DNA of 63,702 nucleotides, filler included, from Stramenopiles sp. TOSAG23-6 (Eukaryota), in assembly GCA_900128565.1 (NCBI GenBank). It is 7 parts of 7 records of this genome, joined end to end, with 100 filler letters (N's around TTAATTAATTAA, not from the genome) between each part and the next. Parts side by side here need not be neighbours in the genome. Positions count along the whole stretch, not along the records: positions 1 to 9,039 come from LT636396.1; positions 9,140 to 18,178 come from LT636397.1; 5 more parts are not named here. One strand, 5' to 3'. Under the pieces are notes generated by a model that was not told where the DNA came from, did no database searches, and worked only from the letters and a program-made list of their open reading frames with translations. The position numbers and the translations under genes are program-made. Below, piece after piece: positions 1 to 12,110 of this stretch; position 1 is the stretch's first letter; each line of letters starts with the position of its first letter.

Positions 1-1871
1 GGAAAAATATTTCAAAAAAAATCTAAAAAAAATTGTTAGGTACAAAATTTCCTATAAAAAATAAATTCGAAATTGAAAAAAAAATAAAACATACATCTTT
101 CCCTTCCTCATTTTCATCAATTGCCCAACGTTTGACGAGGTCGTGATAGTCTCTGTACGGTGCTCCACCTGTACATTGGAAATATATTTCAAAAAAAATG
201 ATTGGTTTTGTTAGGTATGACATTTGATACCAAAAAAAAAAAATTCGAAATTCGAAAAATGAAATATACCTGTGTAAGGGATGCGTCCAGGATTAGATCG
301 AACCTCAGGCATTGATTTACAACGGAGCACATTATCTCTAAGATCTGCGAGAGTTCGACAATCGCGTAATTTTGTAAAAGCCTCGGGAAATAAGTAACCA
401 CAAGTAGGAAGAAGCGACTGTCTTTCCGTCCGACCCATATAGTATTAAAAAAAATGTAAGAAAAAAAAATTTTAGGTACATAATTTTCTATGAAATAATA
501 ATAATAAAATGTAAGAAAAAAAATATTAGGTACATAATTTTCTATGAAATAATAATAATAATGATGAAAACGTACATGTGTGTCTTTGAAAGGTTTGAGA
601 AATCAGCAATAAATGAAGCATCAATGATACTAATACTTATCTGATCAGCACGAACTTTGAGTAAATGGCCCATTATGAATTATGAAAAAATATTTCAAAA
701 AAAAATTGTTAGGTACAAAATTTCGTATGAAAAAAAAATTATATAAAAAATTGAAATTGAAATGAAAACGTATATTTCCGCTGTCTCTCCACCTAAATTT
801 TGTGTAAATGTATAAAAATCTTCAAGATACAACTTCATAACACCATTTTGAAGCATATAATCACGTTGTTCAGAGAGTAATGAAGTAACTTCATCAGATC
901 CTTGCAGTTTCTGTTTGTCTTTTAGTGACAGTAAATATTCCTCAAAATATTTTCCAACAGACGTTCCAATCAAAACAGTCCAGACAAGTATTGTGAAAAA
1001 AATATTTCGAAAAATCTAAAAAAATTTGTTAGGTACAAAATTTTCAAAAAAAAAAATCGAAATTGAAATGAAAACATACAAGTTGTTCAGTTCCTTTCTT
1101 AGTGGGCTCGAATGAGGCAATCGCCTTCATCGTAGATTCATCAAACATTCCTAGCGGGTGACAAGACTCCATTATAGCACTTATTTCCACTCCCACATCC
1201 GCATTTTTGAAGAGATTGAGAATCTTAAAGACATTGTCTATCATATATGTATTTTGGAAAAATATTTCAAAAAAAAGTTTGTTAGGTACAAAATTTCGTA
1301 CGAAAAATAAATTCGAAATTGAAAAAAAAATAAAACATATATTGGTAACAAATATAATCCATAAATGTTGCCATTGGTTCAACAGCTTGCGAACGAATGT
1401 ATTTAAACTCTTCACACCATTTTTCGGTAGCATTTCTTTGTATAATAGATGGGTCTAGCGTCTGTTCATTCATAAGAAAATTGCCATAGTCAGTCTCTTG
1501 GAGATTGAGATGTATAATAGGAAATATTCAACAAACGATTAAAATGTTACACAGTCTGTGATCAATTAAATGTTTCAAAGAATACAAAAACACACCATAT
1601 GCATAATAATAGTTAAGAAAATACACTTGAAAATAATCTAGATCATAAACGTAAAACCTTTGATATCAAAGACACAAATATTGAGTGGTTAATGTTAACG
1701 TACCCTCACATCAGACAATGTAGAAGCACTACGTAAGTGGTGATATTCTGCATCTGTTAAGAAACCCTTGCGATACCCACGACATATTGCCTCTAAAAAA
1801 CCATCATTCATATTAAATGTGGATAAACCTCCATGTGCGGAGAGGTCTTCCGAAGATGAGACTGTTCCCAT
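1..1871 (-). CDS. ATP6V0D: V-type H+-ATPase V0 subunit d, 3' truncated. Introns 1510-1703, 1247-1340, 986-1079, 675-773, 440-575, 169-269 and one starting at 94
   Basis: Spliced protein FNMNDGFLEAICRGYRKGFL...DVR|LNLQETDYGNFL...FMDYICYQ|YMIDNV...CHPLGMFD...LYLEDFY...GGETAEI|MGHLL matches Vma6/subunit d motifs. Confidence 0.93.
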
Positions 1872-2139
1872 TGTAATTAATTCTGTTTCACTCACACCTC
1901 GAAATCCAAAGAAGCAGTGGCCTCTTTTTTTTTTCTTCTTGACTACTGATCAAAAATCTCAAAAATCCTCAAAAATCTCAAAAAAAAAGACAAATCGAAA
2001 TCGAAATGGAAAAACCCTAACCCTAACTCGTCAATTAAAAAATTAAAAAAAATTTACAACATTTTTATATCCACTTTAAAGACCATTTTTTCTATAGTAC
2101 TATCATACTTTTACCACCATCCACTTTAAAAACCATTCT

Positions 2140-3202
2140 TTATACAATCCTGTCAACATCCTCCACTTTAAAAACCATTTTAAAATCCCAGTGAAAGACA
2201 AGTATGATGCACAACAATGCCTGTATGTTTATATACTGTGTTATAGATGTAAAATCTAAGAGACTTTTTGGACAATAAGATGAATTATCAACTAATCTAG
2301 TGAATAAATCATTATCAGATTTTTTCCAATCGTTACAATACGACTGAGGGAGATTCAACCCCCCACTAGCACTAGAAACACATCTTTGCATGTATTGTGA
2401 AAAATATTTTTTTGTAAAAAAATCGTTAGGTACAAAATTTCGTACGAAAAAAATATTTTAATTTGAAATGAATTGTGAAAACGTACATCGTCACTTCTCC
2501 TGGTTTTACGGTTACTTTTTTATTATTGATTATTTCTACTGTTGATACTTTGGCGTCTTTTTTTGCGACACAGATTATTGGAGTAATTATATATCCTAAA
2601 GATACGTGGACCACAGTAGTAATTATAAGTATTATCATTATCCTAAACTTGAGCTTCAAAGATTTTCCCAAATCTTTTGAGAGTTGATCTTCCTCTTTTG
2701 TCTCTTTCGTTTTGTTTTGGGTGAAATAGTTTTTTTTATGTGCTTTATGCAAATCTCGTGTCATCTGATAATTAAAGATTAAGCCTATTACCATACATAT
2801 ATACATAACCACCGTTGTGAGTAAATGTGGCACAATATTTTTATAGTAATAAGACCGGTGGTTTGTTATTGCTAAAAGCGCGAGATTTATACCACCTAAC
2901 ACAATAACGAAAGCGGTAGAATTATTTTTATATTCTGTAGGTGTATTTGAATGAATACGTGCTTTAATCTTGCGAACCCATAACCATGAACCATAAGCTA
3001 CCATAATTGTTCCTATTCCAGCTAAAGAAAACCCGACCACAAATATATAGAAAGCGGGTGGATCTCTCCCAAGAAATGATATCGGAGGAAAATTTCGGCC
3101 TCCCCAGTAATGTGGATTTGACACAGCAACAATCCATACTGTGATAATTGTAGTGATACAAAGCGCAAATGATACCAGTGGTACAATCGAAAAATATCTC
3201 AT
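2140..3202 (-). CDS. Frag1/DRAM/Sfk1 (TMEM150-like) multi-pass membrane protein, intron 2390-2486
   Basis: N-terminal TM, P-x-IS-x-LG-x-x-PP motif, H-containing TM4; frame restored across a family intron. Confidence 0.7.
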
Positions 3203-3459
3203 TTGGCAATTTTATTAATTTAGGATTCTCAACTGTTCATGTAACAATGATTAACGATTTTTGAGACACAATCTGGCCGTTTGGCGGGGCGTTAAAAAAA
3301 AAAAAAAACTGGGTGTAGGTACCGGGTACGCAAAGCTCGCAAAAATGAAATTCATTTTCACCCTGAGAGTGAGAGACTCATCAATTAATATCGATATCCT
3401 TATTATTATTTTGAATGTCTTTCTAAACTTTTTGATATTTTATATTGGAGAGGTTTGCA

Positions 3460-4650
3460 ATGGCTCTAGTTTCTTACGTTGTTCAGAAAACTAATTGTGC
3501 TCGAAGTTCGCTGACGCACAAATTTAAGGAAAAACGAAAGAAACAACTATGCGTATTTAGACTTACTCAAGAAATGCTGGTCGTTGATCATGTCACTGGT
3601 TCAGAAGTTTTAACATTGGGTCGTCTTCGACGTGTATTTCCTATTCGTGGCAATTTCCTGTTTCGTGCTCAACAATGTGAAGATCCATCAGATCCGAATT
3701 CGTGGGTTTGGATTGACCTCATCGGAGAAACCACAGTTGTTCCCATGCTTAATGGGATGTATCGATTGAAATTGCTTGATCTCGGTAGTCAACCGTTTTC
3801 TGCAAATATGCCACATCCTCCAAATATAAAAATAAACGAGGTTGCTTCTCAAAATATAGAATGGAATGAGCAACGAGGTTTGTTGAGTACGGCAAGTAAA
3901 CATCTTGAAAGAATTGGGGGTACAAAAACGTTTCAAGCGGTTTCCAATTTCTTCAAACGAACGGTGTCAGTCGCCACAAGTGCTCTTACTGTGGGCGGTA
4001 ATAAGCCTACGAAGAGATGTATCTCAAATCTTATAAAATTAAATAGAGATTTATATACTCCGGTAGACGTTATACGAAAAAAAACACATATATCACTACT
4101 CCGTCGTTTATGGAAAGCTTCTGCTGAAAATATGGCATCTGATAATTCTTCAAGTGTTGCTACTTTTTCTCTACAGTCACCTCTTTGGAAAAATATTGGT
4201 TTCCAAAACCCAGCAACTGACTTCAGAGGTGGTGGTCTTCTAGCTTTAAAATGTTTAGTATATATAGCTGAGGAATTTAATGACCGATTTCAAAATTTCA
4301 TTGATAATAGTGTAGACGGTTTTCCTGTTTGCATTGCCGGAATCAACGTTTGTGTAATGCTAGTTCAAATGTTAGAATTTAATTGTCCTCCAGGAAATTT
4401 ATCCTCACTAGATCTTCCAGTGAAACCGTATTGGGTAATATTCGAAGAGAAGAAATCATTTTATGATATTTGGTGTATGTCGATGTTGGTACTTTATAGG
4501 CAGTGCTGTCGACATAAATCCACTCAATCTCGTTTTCAAGAAATGCTCGACAAAACTGAACAAATTGTTATGAAATTTCTTATGTCTGCTAATTTTTCAT
4601 CTGGGAATATTTTACATGTTGCATACGAGGAAAATCTTTGGCTTGATTAA
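3460..4650 (+). CDS. ELMO/ELMOD-domain protein with N-terminal DIX-like domain
   Basis: WKNIGFQNPATDFRGGGLLAL ELMO signature; N-terminal FPIRGNFLFR...WVWIDL resembles a DIX-like fold. Confidence 0.8.
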   Translation: MALVSYVVQKTNCARSSLTHKFKEKRKKQLCVFRLTQEMLVVDHVTGSEVLTLGRLRRVFPIRGNFLFRAQQCEDPSDPNSWVWIDLIGETTVVPMLNGMYRLKLLDLGSQPFSANMPHPPNIKINEVASQNIEWNEQRGLLSTASKHLERIGGTKTFQAVSNFFKRTVSVATSALTVGGNKPTKRCISNLIKLNRDLYTPVDVIRKKTHISLLRRLWKASAENMASDNSSSVATFSLQSPLWKNIGFQNPATDFRGGGLLALKCLVYIAEEFNDRFQNFIDNSVDGFPVCIAGINVCVMLVQMLEFNCPPGNLSSLDLPVKPYWVIFEEKKSFYDIWCMSMLVLYRQCCRHKSTQSRFQEMLDKTEQIVMKFLMSANFSSGNILHVAYEENLWLD

Positions 4651-5061
4651 AGTTATGATAAAAAGAAATAAAGAGAAAAAAACATATTTTATTCTTCACG
4701 CGTGGGTACACATAATATTTGTATTTAAATTTTGTAGTTAAATTGTGAGTCCATTTCGGAAGCATAAAAATTTTATTAGTTTTCATTTTTAGTTGAAGTA
4801 CGAAAAAATTTACCAATTTTTGTAAAATGTGTACAGTTAAGTTATGATAAAAAGAAAGAAAGAGAAGAAAACATATTTTATTCTTTTTTAAATTTCTTGA
4901 CTCTAGTTTGAACACACAGAACCAATTTCGAATTTCTAATGTAAAATTTTAGTTTGAACACACAGAACCAATTTCGAATTTCTAATGTAAATTATTTTTG
5001 CTTCATCTTTTTTTAAACTCTTCCTCTACATCTTATTGAAAAAAATATAAATGTTTAGAGT

Positions 5062-7547
5062 TTATGGATTTGAGTATGCCATCATAACAAACAGGGATGC
5101 AATACCGACCCCAAGTGCTGTGGAAAAATATATCAAATTTGAATTTTGTTACGTACGAAATTTTCAATTAAAAAAAAAATTAAATTTGAAATTCATGGTG
5201 AAAATGTACAAGCATACATAAAACAATCCAAAATTTGAAGCATTGTATTCTCATCTCTATTTTTCCTTCTAACTCTTTCAGATATTCCTTCATTGTAAAA
5301 AAATATTTTTTTTCAGTTTTTTTTTGTTAAGTACAAATTTTCGTACGAAAAAAAATATTGTAAATAATTTAATTTTGAAAACGTACATCTGTGATTTCGC
5401 CAGTTTCACTTTGCGTTGTTTGTCCAGACTCTACTGTGTTTTCGTGAATTATATTTTCATCCGTGGTGGATGATGACACAAAATGCATACTATTTCTATT
5501 ACCCGGGTCTCCATTTTGAGTATTCACAGTAATTGTGACAGGGTTGTCATCTTCTTTGATTTCTGGTATATTGTAACTACTAGCCATCCCGATTTCGTGT
5601 GATCCTTCACGTGGAGATCCACTTGGAGATACTGTTGGTGACGTCACTAATGGCGCTAATCTAACTAATTCAGACCAACCATGGCCAGTTTGTTCCATTT
5701 CAGACGTCGATGTTGATGTCGCACGTATACTTAAACGAGATATCGAACGTCTGACATTGCGAGTGAAATTTGACAATGTGTTGCTTGATGTCGAACTTTC
5801 ATGTATTTTGAGAAAACATGTCAAATTCGATTTTTTTTTGAGAAAAAACTGTACGATACAAAATTTTGTATTAAAAAACAGTACATAACTTTAAAATTCA
5901 TAATGTACACGTACGAGGACTTCTTCATCCATTACATTTTCATTTCTTGTTATACGAGGGTTAGGGTTAGAATGTGTCCTATTCTCTATATCTCTCATAC
6001 TTGAAAATGTAGACAAATTTGACTTTCGACAAAATATTTTCTTACCAAATCGGTGACATTTATTGTTCACAATATTTAAAACAAAATATAGTCAGGTACA
6101 GAATTTTATACGAAATTGGATTTTTGGGGTATTCATGATGAATAATTACATGAGGGCATGTATTGTACGAAAATATTTCAAAAAAAACAAATTTATTGTG
6201 TTAGGTACAAAATTTCGTACAAAAAAACAAATTTCGAAATTTGTTAAAAAATAAACGTACATAATATTTGTCTTGTAACATTGCGTCATCACTGATGCTT
6301 TATTTTGGAAAAGTGTATTTTACATTTAAAATTCATTAGGTACGAAATTGTAGGATTTTTATACAACAAAATTTGAAATTTTACAAATGAAATCTCAGTA
6401 CAAACAATAAAACAATAAAATGTCAAAATGGAAAAAAAAATGTTTTTATACGAAATTTCGTACCTAATAAACAAAAAATAAAATTGTAAGGGATTTCGGG
6501 ATTGTAAGAAAAAAAAAGTACCCCGACAAAGTGGACATAAACTGCTATTATCCGAAAGCCAAGGTGTTACACAAGTAGAATGAAAATAATGTCCACATTT
6601 ATTTTGGAAAAATATTTCAAAAAACAATTCTTAGGTACAAAATTTCGTATGAAAAAAAAATTAAATTCAAAAAAATAAAACATACATGGCAGAATTCTGA
6701 GCTTTTCCCCATTTTGAAATTCACTCAAACATATAGAGCAATCGGTGTATTCAAAATCACAACTTTCTAAACCGTTTGTACTTGTTTCAATATTGTTACA
6801 TGAATTATCGTTTTTTTCGCTTTTGTTGGACGTTTTGTTGCAAACTGGAGAACTCAAAAAGACTTTTATAGGTAGAGATTTGACTAGTCTCTCACGAAAA
6901 TGCCTTACATTCCATTTCTGCCAAGCAGAATATGCATACCCCATCCATAGTAAGAACAATATCGAACATAAACCAATATCAATACCTAAAATTACGCGAC
7001 CGACCACTTCCTGTTTAAATGGTAGTAAATCTTCATACACCTGAGCTTCAGAATCAATAGTAATCTCTGCATTCTTTCCACTTGCATATAAATCTCTTAG
7101 AACCAAACCTGATGAGTATGAAATACTTGCTGATCCAATTAAAATTTGCTCCACCTCTTCTTCTGGAGCCCCCATATACATAAGGTTTTCGTCGGCTTGA
7201 TCATCTGAAACAAGAACAAATGCTACACTTGCCGCTTGTGCAAATAATACTTTTTCTGAAAAGCTGCATTTCCCACGTTCCACCAAGAGTATTTTTCCTT
7301 TCCATTTTTCCAATGGTGTATCGTACGGTCTACAACCTTCTACTGGTTCTGCAAATACAAGTGTTGACGTCAGTTTTATATTTTGAGGACCGAAAGAAGC
7401 TAGCAAGTGGGGCAAATCACATTCTGTCGGAACACCATGAATGAACTCTATATCACAAGGAGGTCCGATGTGTAGTCCAGTGGAGATCGAGAAATATAAT
7501 GTAAATAATAAAATCCCGATTTGTTGAAAGCATTGACTATGAAGCAT
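5062..7547 (-). CDS. PA-TM-RING (RNF13/RMR-like) E3 ubiquitin ligase with Ser-rich tail and C-terminal TM, about 7 introns
   Basis: Signal peptide, PA domain (LVERGKCSFSEK), TM, RING-H2 CSICL...LP|CGHYFH..C...W...CPLC. Downstream exons (~6300-6260, 6158-6150, 6057-5915, 5800-5388, 5288-5210, 5112-5062) join in frame using family introns. Confidence 0.8.
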
Positions 7548-7740
7548 ATGAGTTTTTATGTGCAAAACTTAAGGCTCTGCTCCTATTAATAAACTAAATT
7601 TTTCTAACTATATAGCTTACAACTGTATTATACTATATAGTATATACTATAAACTCTTTATAACAGCAAATCACGATGGTTTTTTTTGATGGCCGCAATG
7701 ATGGCTGATGGCTCAAAAAAAAAAGAAATTAAATTCCTGA

Positions 7741-9039
7741 ATGAACAAAACGCAAACGCACAAACAAACCTGTCCGATTTTGGTTCCAACTTCCAAGGGT
7801 CAAAATGAGGAAAAGCAGATCGAAGAAGAAGACGACACACTTGCAAATTTATTGGAATTACTTTTGGCCACAAACTTTTGGCTTTCGATATTTGTTTGTA
7901 TTGTGATGTTTTTATCTAATTCCTTGCGTCGTGCATTACATGGTTTAATTTATATGATTGTTTCCGTCGGGGTACTTCACTTGACATCAACTCTTCCAAA
8001 GCTTCCAAATAAGTGTCAGATGACATATTCTTGGCCAAATTATTCAGAGATTCCCATGCTTGGAGAGTCGCGTCTGGATTTTAAGTATAAGTTATATCGT
8101 TTCTTCCAACCTAGAACAATACAAGGTACTGTAGAAAAGCCTCTTGGTGTACCTGCACTTTTTGTGCATGGTAATTTAGGGACCTATAAGCAAGTGCGCT
8201 CCTTAGCATCAACAGCAGACGCAGAGTGCTCAATCGATAACTACTTGGATTACTATGCAGTTGATTTTGGAGAAGAGATGTCTGCCGTAGTTGGTTACAA
8301 TATATGGGATCAATCCGAGTTTGTAAATGATTGTATACGTGTTATTTTATCAAAATATTCGAAGAAAATTCCTGGTGACGTTGCTATTTTAGCTCATTCC
8401 ATGGGTGGAATTGTGGCTCGTGGCACTTTTTTATTGAATAATTACACCCCTGGAACAATTCGTACAATCGTTACTTTATCAGCCCCACATGCTCGTCCAC
8501 CTTTCTATAATGATAGGGTTATGGGTAAGTTCTATGACAGAGTTAACTCGGTTTGGAAAACAGTTGCTCTAGAAGAAAATAAACGAAATGCTTCGACAAC
8601 GGGTAAGAAACTTTCCGAATCGACAACGGGTAAGAAACTTTCCGAATCAACAATTGATAAGAATACAATTGAACATTCAGATCCTGTTTTAGGTAACAAC
8701 CAAGATGAACAAAATAATCAAGATGAACAAAATAATCAAAATAATCAAAATAATCAAGATAAACAAAATGAACAAAATGATCAAAAGAATCAAAAGAAGA
8801 AAAGAAATGTGAAACGAAGTTTTAAAAGAATACAAAAAGAAATTGGGAAAGTAGTGACAATATCTGTCTCAGGAGGTCATCGTGATTATCTTGTTCCAGC
8901 TGAATTTAGTAGTATCAATACTCTAATTCCTTCTGGAAATGGTTTTAGTATTTTGACGTCGCGTACGTTTTCATTATGAATTTCATTTTTTTTTTCGTAC
9001 GAAATTTTGTACCTAACAAATTTCGAATTTAATTTTTTT
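7741..9039 (+). CDS. PGAP1: GPI inositol-deacylase (PGAP1/Bst1), 3' truncated; true start possibly ~7906
   Basis: CQMTYSWPNY, LFVHGNLGTYKQVRSLAS, AHSMGGIVAR, SGGHRDYLVP motifs. Confidence 0.88.
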
Positions 9040-9139
9040 NNNNNNNNNNNNNNNNNNNNNNNNNNNNNNNNNNNNNNNNNNNNTTAATTAATTAANNNNN
9101 NNNNNNNNNNNNNNNNNNNNNNNNNNNNNNNNNNNNNNN
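9040..9139. other. Artificial contig linker (N-TTAATTAATTAA-N); the same linker is at 18179-18278, 27315-27414, 36428-36527, 45529-45628 and 54620-54719
   Basis: Identical 100-nt spacer with all-frame stops every ~9 kb; genes on either side are unrelated and truncated. Confidence 0.97.
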
Positions 9140-10285
9140 GTACGAAATTTTGTACCTAACGATTTTTTTTTGAAATATTTTTCCAAAATACATACAAGGC
9201 TTCACGTGGGTAACTATCAATTAGTGTCTCGACTAGAAAGAAGCTCAAACCAGCCTATAACAATTACTGTTAGAAAACGAAAAAAACTTGCTACAGCAAA
9301 TGAATGTTTTATTTTTTTCAAATTTGATTTTTTTTTCGTACGAAATTTTGTGCCTAACAATTTTTTCGTGAAATATTTTTCCAAAATACATGCTAAAACT
9401 TTATCATTAACGTCGAATAGGCGTGTTGGAATGAATGTGATTGAAGAAATGCAGATGGCAAAAACTTCAGGTGAGCGTATGTTTTCATTTCAATTTTTTG
9501 TCGAAATATTTTTTCGTACGAAATGTCGTACCTAACAAATTATAATTTTTTTTTTGAAATATTTTTCTATCATACATGTTTACCGAAAAACATTGCTGCG
9601 AAATTATTTTTTGAAATGAAAAAATTTATTAAGAATCTCGCGACGAATAACAATGTAAGAACATCACGTATTTTGATGTCTGAAACAGTTGATGCAATTA
9701 TTGCTCGATTACCTCAAAATATGTATGTTTTATTTTTTTTGAATGATTTTTTTTTTCGTACGTAATTTTGTACCTAACAATTTTTTTTAGATTTTTTTTC
9801 TGAAATATTTTTACAAATTATATGAATGAATTCAAACAAGTCCAAGGGGTGACAGAAGCAAAAGCTAAAAAGTATGGGCAACAGATCATTCAATTTATTA
9901 ATAAATGGTTGAAAGAAAAGAATGTTAAGCCTAGAGGAAGATTTGAGGATGTACGTTTTCATTATGAGTGTCAATTTTATTTTTTTTTTCGTGTGAAATT
10001 CCGCATCTAACAAACTCTTTTTTATGAGAAAAAATATTTTTTAGTACAATACATAGTGCTTCAAAGGAAAACAATGATTCCAATTCTTCTGGTCAATCTC
10101 CTTATTTTACAAATAATAAGAATAAGACTGAAAAGAGAAAAAAAAAGCACCGTAAAAAATGCTCGAATAATAGTGATGACGATTTTGAATCCGAAAATAA
10201 AGGGTACTCTCGGAAGAAACGAAAATCTAATGAAAAAGATCGAGGTTCACGATTTCATTGTTATACGCACAAACCCTCGCTATAG
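9140..10285 (+). CDS. C-terminal part of a RecQ-family helicase (HRDC domain), 5' truncated, 4 complete family introns
   Basis: Spliced ILMSETVDAIIARLPQN|MNEFKQVQGVTEAKAKKYGQQII is an HRDC domain, followed by SPYF and a basic tail as in BLM/Sgs1-type proteins. Confidence 0.65.
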
Positions 10286-10544
10286 GAATATATTAGATGT
10301 CTTATTCACTTCAACTTATTTAAATTTTTAATATTAATTCTACCATGTTTTTCGTCTTTACACTTAATATATATATAGATAGATTGTATTACAAACCAAT
10401 CAAAAGAATTCAAGTTTTATTTCTTCTTATTAAAAATTATTACTATAAAAAATTATGTTTTTCTATTTTTGTTGTGATATACTAACTTCACGTATTTTAG
10501 AAATGTCATGTACAAAGAGAGATTACCTAACAACGGGAAGTCTT

Positions 10545-11753
10545 TTATAATTGACCGACTTGTGTATTAATTATTCCTAAATTACGACGATCTTTTCTTA
10601 GAGTATCTGTGAGATGCGCAAGACCCTGTCGCTGTCGATCTAATACATCGTATAATAATTGTGTATCCCTGTATCTAATATCTCCGACAGTTTCAACTGG
10701 GCGTTGCTCCTGCATTCTTTGAAGGTGAACAAGTTCACTCAACTTTGCTTTAAATTCAGTTGGGCAATTTAGAACACGACTACAAGCCTCAACATCATTA
10801 CGAAATTTAGTTTCATCTCTGGTCATCGGCCATCGGTCTCCTTGTATAACTGCAATCTTTTTCATGATTCGAAGTAAATGTTGTGATAGCTTCATTTGAT
10901 TGTCTCTTAACTGTTCAACCTGCTGTGATATTTTATACTTTTCTGTTTGAAGGCTATGAATTCCGTTTTGTAGACGCTGTACAAATTCTTCTAGCTTTGC
11001 TGCATGAGAATCTTGAGCTTTCTGTCGCGCAAGTAAACCATGGGCAGGTAAATTAGCACCATTTTTGAAGCCAATGAAACCATGAACACAATGAGGAAAG
11101 AAAGCTTCATCACGATTATTCGATATTCTAGTTTCCTCTGTCAAACGCGAAGCTTGTAACTTTGCATTCTCCCAATCGTGTTGCTTTATGAACGCAGGTT
11201 TTGTAGCACGTAGTTTCGCACGGGCTGGGCGAACTAATTTATCCACAGGTTCTATATTATAGAAAATGTGAGCAAAACGAGTCGCTTCCTGGTTCTGTGG
11301 GTTTTGGCCATACTCAGATAGCAAACGCATCAACTCTTCTTTAGCACCGTCCGAAGATTCATCTCCAAGCATCATATTCATTCCCATCATACCATAGCTA
11401 CCTACTTTTCCATCAGGTCCCGTGACTATAGGATTTGGGTTCAAGCCCATGGACATTCCAGTACCACCAGTCCCTCCACTACCACCTATTCCTAAATTTC
11501 CTGCTTTTTGCATACCAAAAGCATTCACACCCGTTTTTTGTCCACCGAAACTAAACCCTCCTGCACTTCCACCTGTAGTACCAAACGCTGCAGCATTACC
11601 TGAACCACCAAGAGATATTCCAGCACCAGTGGCAGTATTTCCCGCTGCAGTAGCACCAAAGCCAGTCATTCCTTGATTGGAAGCTAGGGAACTACCGAAT
11701 GAAAAGCCCGATCCTGTTCCTGCAGCACCTGCGCTCCCAAATGAGAATGCCAT
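10545..11753 (-). CDS. NUP54: Nucleoporin Nup54
   Basis: N-terminal FG repeats, FAHIFYN, P..VHGF..L..R..AQ and the C-terminal QRQGLAHLTDTLRKD coiled coil. Confidence 0.85.
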   Translation of the reverse strand: MAFSFGSAGAAGTGSGFSFGSSLASNQGMTGFGATAAGNTATGAGISLGGSGNAAAFGTTGGSAGGFSFGGQKTGVNAFGMQKAGNLGIGGSGGTGGTGMSMGLNPNPIVTGPDGKVGSYGMMGMNMMLGDESSDGAKEELMRLLSEYGQNPQNQEATRFAHIFYNIEPVDKLVRPARAKLRATKPAFIKQHDWENAKLQASRLTEETRISNNRDEAFFPHCVHGFIGFKNGANLPAHGLLARQKAQDSHAAKLEEFVQRLQNGIHSLQTEKYKISQQVEQLRDNQMKLSQHLLRIMKKIAVIQGDRWPMTRDETKFRNDVEACSRVLNCPTEFKAKLSELVHLQRMQEQRPVETVGDIRYRDTQLLYDVLDRQRQGLAHLTDTLRKDRRNLGIINTQVGQL

Positions 11754-12110
11754 TCTACTACAAGGCAATGGGAGATTCCACAGACAATCTCAAGTCACAC
11801 TTTAAACTCTTTTTCTTTTTCACACTCGATTTTATATTCATTTCATTCTCTCGCTGCTCGAGTTCGAGTTCAGTCAATCGGCTGCTCCAAAATGACACGT
11901 GGCATAAAATTTGATGGCATGTTTGTTTTCGCAAAGTGCAAGAGACGAATTATCATCAATCAGGCTCGTGTTGTTGTTGCAAAAAAAAACAAAGGATAAA
12001 ATTTACAATACGGCACAAACTAAAAGGATTTCGTTGTGCCACGAATTCGATTTGAGCTTTATTTTGAGTATATCTCATTGTTCTTACTGATACAGTAAAT
12101 AGATAAAACA
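11754..12110. promoter_or_regulatory. Putative bidirectional promoter of NUP54/NUP58 with a TGACACGTG element at 11893-11901
   Basis: 357-bp head-to-head spacer; the CACGTG motif recurs in other upstream regions. Confidence 0.5.

Noticed and set aside
23-1473. Recurrent peptides such as FFVRNFVPN, FFSYEILYLT, FRTKFCT and KYFSKIH in many ORFs
   Set aside because: Translations of the intron family, not a protein domain
4646-4992. Short direct repeats between convergent genes (~50 bp x2 and ~45 bp x2); also CCACTTTAAAAACCATT-like x3 at 2070-2180
   Set aside because: Local slippage duplications in AT-rich 3' regions with no sign of function
8590-8790. Coding minisatellites in PGAP1, also in CLEC16A (~31750-31860), TTLL (~46753-46871) and TIM/PA-gene linkers
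   Set aside because: Ordinary low-complexity linker expansions
9084-9095. TTAATTAATTAA palindrome inside N runs, repeated every ~9.1 kb
   Set aside because: Artificial linker between length-sorted contigs. Gene neighbourhoods and ORFs across it are not biological. Most contigs break inside introner copies or repeats.
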